Shown: positions 39,768 through 49,483 of the stretch, piece after piece
Position numbering within the stretch: position 1 is the stretch's first letter
Layout of the letters: each line of letters opens with the position of its first letter
Source of the DNA: an uncultured Desulfospira sp.
GTDB lineage: Bacteria > Desulfobacterota > Desulfobacteria > Desulfobacterales > Desulfobacteraceae
Reading direction: 5' to 3'
Assembly: GCA_963663165.1 (NCBI GenBank)
Contig: OY760175.1
Coordinates: 5,696,001 to 5,760,000 of the forward strand
DNA: 64,000 nucleotides
Made by a program: the position numbers and the translations under genes
Notes under the pieces: generated by a model
Database searches by the model: none
What the model was told of the DNA's origin: nothing
Seen by the model: only the letters and a program-made list of their open reading frames with translations

Positions 39768-41116
39768 AGAAAAAAATACTGGTGGTTGATGATGACGCGG
39801 CCCACGCAAGAATGCTCAACACGCTGATCGCGGACTGGGGGTATGAGGTGTTCAGGACCGGTGACGGGGGTGCCGGGGTGGACATGGTCAAAAACGAGCC
39901 CTTTGATCTGGTGCTCATGGACATCCGGATGATCAACATGTCGGGCATGGAGGCCTTAAGCCTGATCCTTGAATATAACCCGTCGCTGCCCGTTATCATG
40001 ATGACGGCCTATTCGTCCGTGGATACCGCTGTCAGGGCGTTGAAAATCGGTGCCTATGATTACCTGACCAAGCCCCTTGATTTTGATAAACTCAAACTGA
40101 CCCTGGACCGGGCCATGGAACGGATTTCGTTAAAATCGGAAAACCAGGCCCTCAAAGACCGGATCAAAAGTGAGCGCTTTGACCATAATATTTTAGGGAA
40201 GAGCCGGGCCATGGCCGCCCTGCTGGATACCATCAAGATGGTGGCCCCCACTGATGCCAATGTCCTGGTGACCGGGGAGTCTGGCACGGGAAAGGAGTTG
40301 GTGTCATCGGCCCTTCATGCCAACAGCCCGAGAAAGGATGCCCCCTTTGTGAGAATCAACTGTGCGGCCATCACGGAAACCCTGCTGGAATCCGAATTGT
40401 TCGGCCATGAGAAAGGGGCGTTTACCGGGGCGGAACGAAAGCGGAAAGGAAAGTTTTTGCAGGCAGACAAAGGCAGCATTCTCTTAGATGAAATCGGGGA
40501 AATGAGCCTGGCCATGCAGGCCAAGCTGCTCCGGGTGATCCAGGAAAAAGAGGTGACCCCCGTAGGCAGTGACCAGAGTACCACTGTGGATGTCCGGGTG
40601 ATTGCCGCCACCAACCGGGACCTTAAGGCCATGTCCCTTGACGGCGGTTTCCGCCAGGACCTCTACTACCGCCTTAACGTGGTGTCCATTGATATCCCGC
40701 CGTTAAGGGAACGGCCTGAAGACATCCCGGAGCTGGCCCTTCACTTTCTGGATCATTTTTCCAAAAAGAACCGCAAAGAGCTCAAAGGATTTTCCCCGGA
40801 CGCCATGGATGCCATGATCCGGTACCCGTGGCAGGGCAATGTCAGGGAACTGATGAACGCCGTGGAAAGGGGGGTGGTCATGGCCCGGACAGATTATATC
40901 TGCATCGAAAACCTGCCCTTTTCCCAGGGGGATCTGCCCGAGATGAGTGAAATTGAAACCGGGCTTGAAAATTTCAGCCTGTCTCAAATAGAAGAAAAGG
41001 CCATTTTATCCACCTTAGAGGCTGCCGGGGGGAATAAAAGCGAGGCATCCCGGCGGCTTGGCATTACCCGGAAAACATTGCTTAAAAAACTCAAACAATA
41101 TGGAAAAGAGAAATGA
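39764..41116 (+). CDS. ZraR-like sigma54-dependent response regulator
   Basis: REC, GESGTGKE, GAFTGA and Fis-type HTH. Confidence 0.92.
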   Translation: MKKKILVVDDDAAHARMLNTLIADWGYEVFRTGDGGAGVDMVKNEPFDLVLMDIRMINMSGMEALSLILEYNPSLPVIMMTAYSSVDTAVRALKIGAYDYLTKPLDFDKLKLTLDRAMERISLKSENQALKDRIKSERFDHNILGKSRAMAALLDTIKMVAPTDANVLVTGESGTGKELVSSALHANSPRKDAPFVRINCAAITETLLESELFGHEKGAFTGAERKRKGKFLQADKGSILLDEIGEMSLAMQAKLLRVIQEKEVTPVGSDQSTTVDVRVIAATNRDLKAMSLDGGFRQDLYYRLNVVSIDIPPLRERPEDIPELALHFLDHFSKKNRKELKGFSPDAMDAMIRYPWQGNVRELMNAVERGVVMARTDYICIENLPFSQGDLPEMSEIETGLENFSLSQIEEKAILSTLEAAGGNKSEASRRLGITRKTLLKKLKQYGKEK

Positions 41117-41313
41117 ACCCCCAAAAAAAATCTATGGAAATTGACCCCATGGTGGCCCAGGCAGTGGGCAAAATAGAGGAATTTGTGGAAAACGCCACCG
41201 GCAAACGGCCCGAGCCTGAAGAGCTTTCCCAGGCCCTGACCAAATACTTTGTATTAAAAGAGATCCTGGACTTTATCAAATTGTCCCGGCAGGAGGGTGA
41301 AGGTGCGGGCTAA
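41113..41313 (+). CDS. small hypothetical protein
   Basis: 66-aa ORF translationally coupled (ATGA) to the regulator. Confidence 0.55.
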   Translation: MNPQKKSMEIDPMVAQAVGKIEEFVENATGKRPEPEELSQALTKYFVLKEILDFIKLSRQEGEGAG

Positions 41314-42452
41314 AACCGTTCCACAAGCTTGTCGATCAGGTAGGAACTTTCCCTTAACGCCTGTTCACTGAAGGGGCCGAACCACTCGGCAATCTCTTTG
41401 AACCGTTCAATAAACAGGGATTTATCGTTGGTCTCCAGCATTTCAAGGTGGTCTGCCATGGACCCAACAAAATTTTTGAGCAGTTCCCGGCGCTGGGGCG
41501 TGGCAAAAATGATTTCGGCATACAGTCCCGGGTCCTGGGCAAACAGCCGTCCCACCATGCCCAGCTCAAGCCGGTAAATGGGGCTTGAAAACATCAGGGT
41601 GCGGTCAATATCGGTTTTCTGCCGATATAAAAACTGCCCGAAACTGAAGGCGGCAAAGTGGCGAAGGGCCTGGACCATTTCCATGATCCGGTCGTGTTCT
41701 TCGGGAGTGGCTTTGACCAGCACCGCCCCCCAAAGCCCGATCTGATCCTTGACCCAGAGACAGGATTCGTAATCCCTGGCCGGGGTGACCACGACAATCT
41801 GCTTGTCCAGGGTGCCGGATATGGGGCCAAAGAGGGGATGGATACCCAGTACCGGCCCCTTGTGGCAGGAGAGCATTTTCTTTACCGGCTTTTCCTTGAC
41901 ACTGGTCAGGTCGGCCAGCACCGCATGGGAAGGCAAAAAGGGCGCAATCTTTTCAATTACGGCTTCGGTGGCCTCAATGGGAACGCTCACCAGGGCAAGG
42001 TCAATGTCCCGGCACAGGCCTGATGCCTGGTCCCAGTCGTTTTGTTCAAGGATCCGGACCTCATACTTTGATTTTTCAAACAGCCGGGCAAAAAGGGACC
42101 CCATCTCTCCCTTGCCGCCAATGACCAGGACCCGGGCCCCCGGCCGCATGGCGCCTGCCAGCATCTTTTCGGTCTGCCGGGTTCGGGACTGGCGCAGGAT
42201 CAGGCGGTAAAGGTCTTCCATAAAGTCCGGATTTACGCCCGCTGTTTCAGCCTTTTCCCTGAGCCGTGAGATCAGGTCCTCTTCCCTGGCCGGGTGGTAA
42301 ACCTGCACATTGCAGGCCTTTTTAAGGGCAAATACCTTTTCTACCTGTTCCTGCCTCTGGGTTAACAAAGAAAGGATCTGGGCATCGATCCGGTCAATTT
42401 CATCCCGGATGGGTTCAATTTGTGTTTGAAAGTTTTGAAGATCTTTTTCCAT
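41310..42452 (-). CDS. tyrA: bifunctional chorismate mutase / prephenate dehydrogenase
   Basis: IRDEIDRID CM domain; IGGKGEMG, DLTSVK, HPLFGP, EHDRIM..QALRHF, SSPIYRLEL. Confidence 0.93.
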   Translation of the reverse strand: MEKDLQNFQTQIEPIRDEIDRIDAQILSLLTQRQEQVEKVFALKKACNVQVYHPAREEDLISRLREKAETAGVNPDFMEDLYRLILRQSRTRQTEKMLAGAMRPGARVLVIGGKGEMGSLFARLFEKSKYEVRILEQNDWDQASGLCRDIDLALVSVPIEATEAVIEKIAPFLPSHAVLADLTSVKEKPVKKMLSCHKGPVLGIHPLFGPISGTLDKQIVVVTPARDYESCLWVKDQIGLWGAVLVKATPEEHDRIMEMVQALRHFAAFSFGQFLYRQKTDIDRTLMFSSPIYRLELGMVGRLFAQDPGLYAEIIFATPQRRELLKNFVGSMADHLEMLETNDKSLFIERFKEIAEWFGPFSEQALRESSYLIDKLVERF

Positions 42453-42546
42453 GTTTAAGTCTATGCGTTACCGGTTGTTAATCTGCCTTGAGAACGAACT
42501 GAAAAATATCAGCTTTGTCCGTAATTCTCAATTATAAATTGATGGA

Positions 42547-43332
42547 TTAGACCATTCCTTTTTTCCGGAAAGTCCGGCCCAGAACGAGGTCCATGACCCA
42601 GAAAAGCAGCACCGGCAAAAATAAAAAAATCAGGGTCAGGACAGCGGCCAGGGAGCGGTTGGAGGAATTGAGCAGGGGAAACAGGTATCCGGTAAACGAG
42701 GGAACGCTTCCCCCGCCGATTAAAAATACCAGGAAATATTCGGAAAATGCCACCAGAAAAACCACGCTGGCACCGGCGGCCATGGCCGGCAGCAGCAGCG
42801 GCAGTTCCACCCGGATCAGGGTTTGCCATGGGGTTGCCCCAAGGTTTCTGGCGCAAAGGCCGGGCCCGGTTCCCACGGCCTGGAACCCGGCGGCCAGGGC
42901 CTGGAGCATATAGGGATAGGTGACCATGGACAGGATGGCCACCACGCCCCCGAAGGTATCGGACAGCCCCACTTTGATGAACACGAAATGAAGCCCCATG
43001 GCAAAGGCCATGGGCGGCACCAGGGCCGGGGTCAGCAGCAGCCCCTCCACCAGGGGTTTGGCCGGGAAATCATGCCGGGCAAGGACCATGGCCGGAAACA
43101 GGCTCATGGCAAAGGTGACCGGTACCGTGAAAAGGGAATAGGCAGCCGAAACCATGAGGCTTTCCAGGATCGGGGCCCGGTTCTGGACAAGAAATAAAAA
43201 TGCCTGGAAATTCAACTGCAGGGGCCAGACATGGGGGAACCGCCAGCCCGGGGCCAGGGCGCAAATCATAAGCACCATCACCGGAAAAACAAACAGGGCA
43301 AACAAAATCAGAAAAAAGACCCCATGCTTCAT
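42547..43332 (-). CDS. ABC transporter permease
   Basis: Multi-TM; ARNLGA EAA-like loop. Confidence 0.85.
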   Translation of the reverse strand: MKHGVFFLILFALFVFPVMVLMICALAPGWRFPHVWPLQLNFQAFLFLVQNRAPILESLMVSAAYSLFTVPVTFAMSLFPAMVLARHDFPAKPLVEGLLLTPALVPPMAFAMGLHFVFIKVGLSDTFGGVVAILSMVTYPYMLQALAAGFQAVGTGPGLCARNLGATPWQTLIRVELPLLLPAMAAGASVVFLVAFSEYFLVFLIGGGSVPSFTGYLFPLLNSSNRSLAAVLTLIFLFLPVLLFWVMDLVLGRTFRKKGMV

Positions 43333-44204
43333 AATTTCCTGCCCCCCCGTTCCATGCGGCTGACAATTCGCGAGTAAAGGGCAATGAACCCAACGGCAAA
43401 AATAAACATGACCACCAGGGCGGCCATGGCCTCGGGCCGCCGTTCAAGGTCATGCTTAAAGTAAAGATTGTACACATGGATGCTCACCATGCCGGGCCGA
43501 CTCTCGCTTAACAGATAGGGGATGTCAAAGGCCCCGAAACTGTATAGGAACAGGATGATGAACCCGGTATGCATGGCCGGGGCAAGCCGTGGCAGGATAA
43601 TCTTAAAAAAAATGGTTGTCCCGGATGCGCCGAGCATGACAGCGGTCCGGACCTGGCGGATGTCAAACCCGGATAGCTGGGCCAGACACAGGAGCATGAC
43701 AAAAGGGGTTCCCTTAAGGCCGTAGGCCAGAATCATGCCAAGGCCGTACCCTGAATAGAGCAGGTTGGGAAACTGGTCCATGTCCCGGATCAGCCCTAAG
43801 GACCAGGCGGCCGATGACATCAACCCGGACCGGCTCCAGAACAGCATGACCAGAAACGCCACGGCAATATGGGGCAGGATCAAAGGGATTTTGTAGACCA
43901 GGGCCAGGCCCTTGAGCCGTTCCGGCAGCCGCCAGACCCCGTATCCCAGAAGGGTCCCGGCGGCTACCGATATGACAGCGGAGCATCCCCCCACCTGGAC
44001 GGAAAACAAAAACGATTTGCTGAACCAGCCTTTTGAAAACAAGGTGGCATAGGCATCCCAAAGACCTCCGGTGTAAGGCAGGGGGGTCAGTATCCCCAAG
44101 GACTGGCAAAGGGTTAACACCACCCCGCCGCAAAACAGCACGGCATAGGGGATCAGCAAAGGGCATAACCCTAAAGCAATAGGATGCCGGTTACTCCAGG
44201 ACAT
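43329..44204 (-). CDS. ABC transporter permease
   Basis: Multi-TM; AVMLGA EAA-like loop; start moved to 44204. Confidence 0.85.
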   Translation of the reverse strand: MSWSNRHPIALGLCPLLIPYAVLFCGGVVLTLCQSLGILTPLPYTGGLWDAYATLFSKGWFSKSFLFSVQVGGCSAVISVAAGTLLGYGVWRLPERLKGLALVYKIPLILPHIAVAFLVMLFWSRSGLMSSAAWSLGLIRDMDQFPNLLYSGYGLGMILAYGLKGTPFVMLLCLAQLSGFDIRQVRTAVMLGASGTTIFFKIILPRLAPAMHTGFIILFLYSFGAFDIPYLLSESRPGMVSIHVYNLYFKHDLERRPEAMAALVVMFIFAVGFIALYSRIVSRMERGGRKL

Positions 44205-45411
44205 GGGCCTTCCAGCCCTGTTCCAGGGCTTCAAGATAGGGGGCCGGGATTTCGGGAACCGCCACGGGGGCCAACTGGGCAGGCCCCAAGGTGGCCGGAC
44301 CAAGATCCACATTCTCAAAGGCTTCTTGTTCCTTTTTGGTCAGCCGGGACATGGAAAGGGCCGGAAAATCTCCCCAGGCTTTGGGATCATATTTAGACAG
44401 CTGGGCCGTAACCCCGATGAGAAAATCGGCCAAAACCATGGCCCCGGCCTTGTTGGGCGCGTTAAAGGGAATGGCTGTAAAATGGGTGTTGTAAAGGGAA
44501 CCGTCGGTCATCACAAAGGTCCTGACCGTGGCCGGATAGGTGCCTTCCAGGATCTTGTTCTGGGCATGGGGGGGATGGTAGCTCATGCAAAAGGCCACCT
44601 CTCCCCTTGAAAACAGGGTATCAAGACCGGCACTGTCCTTGGGATAGGTTTGCCCCTTCTGCCATAAAAAAGGCTCAATTTCGTTGAGAAAGGCCCACAG
44701 TTTTGGGGCGTTTTGGTCAAACAGGGCCTGGTCAAATCCGTTCATATACTGCTCGTGGCCGCCGGTGACCGCGTAAAACACCTGGCGGATAAAGGCGGAA
44801 CCGGTAAAGTCCGGGGGCTGGGGATAGGTGAATTTTCCGGGGTGGGCCTTGATCCACTGTTTCAAGGCTTCAAAACTTTTGGGCGGTGCGGGCATGGCGG
44901 CTGTATCATACTCAAATACAAACTGGGCCCGGCCATAAGGGACCTCGTATCCGTCCACAGGAAAACCAAAATCAAAGGCCATGGTGTCAGGATCTACATT
45001 TCGGATAACATTGGGCAGTTTGGGGGCAATAGGGCCGAACAACAGATCCGCCTGCCGGGCATTTTTAAAGTTTTCCCCATTGATCCATAAAAGATCAATG
45101 TTCCCCTTGGTTTTTCCGGCCGCTTTTTCATTGAGCAGTTTATTGATAAACACCCCGGCGTCCATGGGAACCCGGATTAAGCGGATATCAAATCGGTTTT
45201 TCATCTGCCCGGCCACCCAGGTGTCCACCCAGGTGTTGACATGGGCCCATCCCCCGAACATATACCATCTGACCGTGGTGCCCCGGGCCTCTTGGGTGAT
45301 GGCGTCAAAGGATTGGTTGAGCAGGGGTTCCCCTGCGGCAAGGGCAGGGGAACCCCCGCCCCGGCAGATCAGAAATATGAACAACAGGGCAAATAAACAT
45401 TTTTTTGTCAT
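44191..45411 (-). CDS. ABC transporter substrate-binding protein (YnjB-like)
   Basis: DLLWINGENF, FTYPQPPDFTGSAF and HFTAIPFNA motifs; signal peptide. Confidence 0.85.
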   Translation of the reverse strand: MTKKCLFALLFIFLICRGGGSPALAAGEPLLNQSFDAITQEARGTTVRWYMFGGWAHVNTWVDTWVAGQMKNRFDIRLIRVPMDAGVFINKLLNEKAAGKTKGNIDLLWINGENFKNARQADLLFGPIAPKLPNVIRNVDPDTMAFDFGFPVDGYEVPYGRAQFVFEYDTAAMPAPPKSFEALKQWIKAHPGKFTYPQPPDFTGSAFIRQVFYAVTGGHEQYMNGFDQALFDQNAPKLWAFLNEIEPFLWQKGQTYPKDSAGLDTLFSRGEVAFCMSYHPPHAQNKILEGTYPATVRTFVMTDGSLYNTHFTAIPFNAPNKAGAMVLADFLIGVTAQLSKYDPKAWGDFPALSMSRLTKKEQEAFENVDLGPATLGPAQLAPVAVPEIPAPYLEALEQGWKAHVLE

Positions 45412-45423
45412 GGCAGCTCCAAA

Positions 45424-46371
45424 TTATTTAAATTCAGGTTTCAGCCCAAGCCTGACCCGGCAGCCCGGCGCCAACCGGGCCTTCTGGCTGTATACGGTAA
45501 AGCTTGAATCGTTCAGGGCAATGGTATAGGCGGTGTAGTGGCCGGCAAACATTTTTTCTATAATTTTTCCCGGTCCCTGGTCCGCAGGCTCCACGGCAAG
45601 GGCCTCGGGCCGGGCCAGAATTTCCGGTTCCCGGCTGTTGATATCAAAAAGGGGGTACAATGTCCCGGGGATAATATTGACAGGCCCCAAGAATTTGGCC
45701 ACTTCCCGGGAAACCGGGTGATAATAGGTCTGTTCCGGGGTGTCAAACTGCCGGAGCCTGCCCCCTAACAAGACCCCGATCCGGTCGGACATGGCAAAGG
45801 CCTCGGACAGATCGTGGGTGACGCTGATGGTGGGAATGTTAAATTCCTGCTGGGTCTGCCGGATGAACCGGGCCGTCTCCATTTTCAGGTTCCGGTCCAG
45901 ATTGGCAAAGGGTTCGTCTAAAAGCAGGACCCCCGGGTTCACGATCATGGCCCGGGCAATGGCCACCCGCTGTTTCTGGCCGGCAGACAGCTGGGCCGGG
46001 TAAAGGCGGGCCTGGCCGGTAAGTCCGAAATAGTCCAGCATCCGGCCCACCTCTTTTTTAATGGCAGATGAAGACCGCTTTCGGGCCTTGAGGCCGAACC
46101 CGATGTTCTGGGAGACGGTCATGGCGGCAAACAGCACATAATCCTGGAACACCATGATAACGGGGCTTTCTTTAGAGGGAGGTGAAGAAAAGATCACCCG
46201 GCCTGTATCCGGCGGTTCCATTCCGGCAATGATGTTCAAAAGGGTGGTCTTGCCCCCCCCGGAAGGCCCCACAATGGAAACCAGTTCCTCAGTGCCCACA
46301 CCAAAGCTGATCTCTTTGAGGACGGCCCGCTTTTTAAAGGATTTGCCTATGCTGTCGAGTTCAAGATCCAT
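45424..46371 (-). CDS. ABC transporter ATP-binding protein
   Basis: GPSGGGKT, LSAGQKQR and LLLDEPF motifs. Confidence 0.92.
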   Translation of the reverse strand: MDLELDSIGKSFKKRAVLKEISFGVGTEELVSIVGPSGGGKTTLLNIIAGMEPPDTGRVIFSSPPSKESPVIMVFQDYVLFAAMTVSQNIGFGLKARKRSSSAIKKEVGRMLDYFGLTGQARLYPAQLSAGQKQRVAIARAMIVNPGVLLLDEPFANLDRNLKMETARFIRQTQQEFNIPTISVTHDLSEAFAMSDRIGVLLGGRLRQFDTPEQTYYHPVSREVAKFLGPVNIIPGTLYPLFDINSREPEILARPEALAVEPADQGPGKIIEKMFAGHYTAYTIALNDSSFTVYSQKARLAPGCRVRLGLKPEFK

Positions 46372-47345
46372 GGGATATCATCCAGGTACTGCCTGATTTT
46401 TTTAAAGGTGTCCGGGTTCTGTAAGGGGCGGTCGGTTTGTGTATACTCATAAAAAGCCATAAAACACCAGGACAGAGCCCGCAGCAGAATGGTTTTTTCA
46501 AGAACCGTTGTGGCCTGCCGGATCTGTGACAGATCCAGGTCAAGGCCGGCCCGTGTCCGGTAAATGGAAAGAAACCGGGTCTTTTCTTCTTTTGTCAGGC
46601 AGGTGTCGGTCTTCCACAGGGTGGTGGTGGGCACCAGAAAGTGGCCAAGGTCCTGGTACCTGAAGGAGACCACGGCCTTTTCCCAGTCCACCAGGAACGC
46701 GCCCTGGTCACTGATCAGAAAATTGCCGGAGTTGACTTCCGTGTTGACGATGCACAACCGGTCTTGGTCAAAGAGGTCTCTGGTGGCGTCGGCCAGTTCC
46801 AGGACATCATCGTAATAGGCCAGGATCTGATTTCGTTCTTTTTTAAGGGGATGGTCTTTATACCGTTGGATCAGGCCCAAAGATTCTTTGGCAATATCCC
46901 GGACCGGATCAGACTGGATAATCAGATTGTCCGGCAGATTGTCCGGCACCGGGACCGAATGGACCCGGGCAAAAATCGCCGCTGCCCGGTCAAGGTCCTG
47001 TTCATATACCAGGGGCTTTCCCGGTAAGAATTCCATGAGCAACGCCCCGCCCCCCAAGGGATCAGGATCAGGATGGCAGGCCAGGGGCTTTGGGGTGACG
47101 CCGGATGTTTCCAGTGCCTTGAGAACCCGGTACTCATAAGCAATCTGATCCGGCCCCAATCCCAGCTGGCTGCCGTGGTTGATCCTCAGGACGGTTTTTC
47201 CGGTCCGGCCTGTCACCAGAAAGTTGGCATTATATTCACCGGCCGCCAGAAATGAGACCGTTTCCACATCCTTAACCCAGCCGGTCCGGTTCAGGAAGGT
47301 CTTGATTTTTGGGATCATCGGGTCCTGGTTTTCCAGCGGCTTCAA
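46347..47345 (-). CDS. APH / choline-kinase-like phosphotransferase
   Basis: AGEYNAN glycine loop, LLMEFLPG hinge, atypical NTEVNSGN catalytic loop, LVDWE, DLGHF. Confidence 0.75.
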   Translation of the reverse strand: MKPLENQDPMIPKIKTFLNRTGWVKDVETVSFLAAGEYNANFLVTGRTGKTVLRINHGSQLGLGPDQIAYEYRVLKALETSGVTPKPLACHPDPDPLGGGALLMEFLPGKPLVYEQDLDRAAAIFARVHSVPVPDNLPDNLIIQSDPVRDIAKESLGLIQRYKDHPLKKERNQILAYYDDVLELADATRDLFDQDRLCIVNTEVNSGNFLISDQGAFLVDWEKAVVSFRYQDLGHFLVPTTTLWKTDTCLTKEEKTRFLSIYRTRAGLDLDLSQIRQATTVLEKTILLRALSWCFMAFYEYTQTDRPLQNPDTFKKIRQYLDDIPWILNSTA

Positions 47346-47520
47346 ATGGGTTGATTTTCCTTTTGTTTAATCTTTTTTGCATATGTTCCAAACGGTCCGG
47401 CAAATCTGCAGTTCGGTTATTCTACACACTTCACCCCATGGAGTAAATGACGTTTTGGGGGTTGATTTTAATTTATAATTCCCTATACTTGAAGGCATAA
47501 CAATAGTTTGGGAGGGGGAT

Positions 47521-48357
47521 ATGGGATTTTCAATTAACTCAAAAGCCCAGGGCGCCGGGTTCGCTTACCAGGCCCAGAAAAATCAGCAGGAATTGTCTGA
47601 ATCGCTTTTGCGCATTGCCTCAGGGCAGAAAATCAATAAAGCAGCCGACGATGCCGCGGGTATGGTCATCGCCGATCGTCTGGCCAGTCAGGCCCAGGGA
47701 ATGGCCCAGGCGTCTCAGAACGCCAGCGAGGCGGTTTCCATCACCCAGGTGACGGACGGGGCATTGGACCAGGCCACGGAACTGGTTCAGGATATCCGGG
47801 TCAAAGCCATCCAGGCCGCAGGCCCTGCCCAGAGCGCCGAGAGCCGCCAGGCCATTCAGGCCGACATTGACAGTTCTCTGAAAAATTTGTCCCAGATTTC
47901 AGACACCACCAGCTATAACGGCCAGAAACTTTTGTCCGGGGCCTTTTCAGCTCAGTCCTTCCAGACCGGGGCATCTGCCGGCGAAACCCTTGAAATGTCT
48001 TTAGGTTCCATCAGCCCGGACCAGATTTCAGATGGACAGTCCGGACTGTTGTCCAATATTGACGTGACCAGCCTGGAGGGCGCCCAGGGCGCCATTGAAG
48101 CCGCTGATGAAGCCCTTTCCTACCTTGCCTCTCAACAGGCATCAGAAGGGGCGGACCAGAACCAGCTCGAATCCAACATCAGCAACCTGTCCGTCACACG
48201 GATCAATACCCTGGCCGCCGAGTCCGATATCCGGGATCTTGACCTGGCCGAAGAAATGATCAATATGAACCAGCTCAAGCTCAAAGCCCGGGCCGTCGGT
48301 TTTGCCCAGGCTCAGGCCGGGGAGTCTGATAAGCAAATTATTGATACCCTGGAGTGA
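47521..48357 (+). CDS. short flagellin-family protein
   Basis: RIASGQKINKAADDAAG N-terminal and AESDIRDLDLAEEM C-terminal flagellin motifs. Confidence 0.88.
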   Translation: MGFSINSKAQGAGFAYQAQKNQQELSESLLRIASGQKINKAADDAAGMVIADRLASQAQGMAQASQNASEAVSITQVTDGALDQATELVQDIRVKAIQAAGPAQSAESRQAIQADIDSSLKNLSQISDTTSYNGQKLLSGAFSAQSFQTGASAGETLEMSLGSISPDQISDGQSGLLSNIDVTSLEGAQGAIEAADEALSYLASQQASEGADQNQLESNISNLSVTRINTLAAESDIRDLDLAEEMINMNQLKLKARAVGFAQAQAGESDKQIIDTLE

Positions 48358-48763
48358 TTGGGGCCGGTGGGAAAGTGAGAATGTGGGCGGGTGAACTCGC
48401 CTGAATTTCCGACGGCCTTCACTCTTTGGGGGCCACCGCCTGGGACTCAAAAGAAAAATTTATTGTAGGTCAAGGCGGTCGATCGTGGACATGTTTTGTC
48501 TTGCCAAATGATCTCATCCTTGACAAGACAAAACATGTATGTTGTATTGGTGGTCAGGATGTTAAAGGTTGTTTTATGTGAAGGTTCTATGGGTTAAATT
48601 TGAATCATGTAATGAACTTCAAAAAAAATTACTGTGATTGCCGCACATGATTGAACTTCTTTAATTGTAATGAAAATAGATTCCGGAAACCGCTATCTGG
48701 CATGACAGAAAGCATCTCGAAAATTGTCTAATCCTACTGGAGAAAGCCCAAAAGGAGGATTTT

Positions 48764-48949
48764 ATGAAATTACGAGATTTATTTGTCCCCAAATATGTTC
48801 ATTCTGATCCAAACGTTCGGATTAAATTTATTAATAAGACTGACGACACGGTCCTGCTCAAATCCATAATAGAAAATGACCAAGACGAGTCAGTCATCCA
48901 GGCTGCCAGAGAAAGACTCCAGGCTCTGACGGTCTCACATTCCGATTAA
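48764..48949 (+). CDS. small hypothetical protein
   Basis: Strong AAGGAGG RBS; 61 aa. Confidence 0.65.
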   Translation: MKLRDLFVPKYVHSDPNVRIKFINKTDDTVLLKSIIENDQDESVIQAARERLQALTVSHSD

Positions 48950-49243
48950 GACAGCGAATTTTTGGATGTGTCATGCAACCCGGATTAGATATTAGCTCCC
49001 CTTGCGATTAAGGTGTACACTGCATCCGTGGAACCTTCATTTTTCAAATTTTGAATCATTGAGAAAAAATATCTTCGCCAGAAACCATGTCTGCATATAC
49101 AATTCCGACACCATTCAGGTGACACCATTCCAGTGATACGAGACAAAACTATCATTTTTATCTTGGTACTTGTCCCCTAAGGTATATCAAGACGGATTTT
49201 TTTAATTCTGTTGCCATATCAAAATAAACCAACATGTATGCAT

Positions 49244-49375
49244 ATGAGGCCTATTTTCTGGCTTGCGCTGATTCCTGAAAAAATAGCCACCTCTCCCTTA
49301 AATGTGCCTTCTATCAAGGCGGACATTACATCAAAAGAAATAGTGGATATCGTTCGCGAGGGTCGGGAAAGATAG
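49244..49375 (+). pseudogene. C-terminal remnant of a Phd/YefM-like antitoxin
   Basis: Reads ..ALIPEKIATSPLNVPSIKADITSKEIVDIVREGRER*, which I recognise from memory as an antitoxin C-terminus; no N-terminal DNA-binding part is visible. Confidence 0.55.
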
Positions 49376-49483
49376 AACAATCCGCTGCAAGCCGTCCCGG
49401 CGGGCGGTCTTGTTTTTAAAAGCGCCGGGCCTTTGAAAAAAAATGTCTTCTATGACCGGCTTAGCATGTCGTCTTTTTTTTTT

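Noticed and set aside
48540..48760. Riboswitch (e.g. c-di-GMP) in the long leader after the flagellin
   Set aside because: No recognisable conserved motif by eye; an Rfam scan would be needed.
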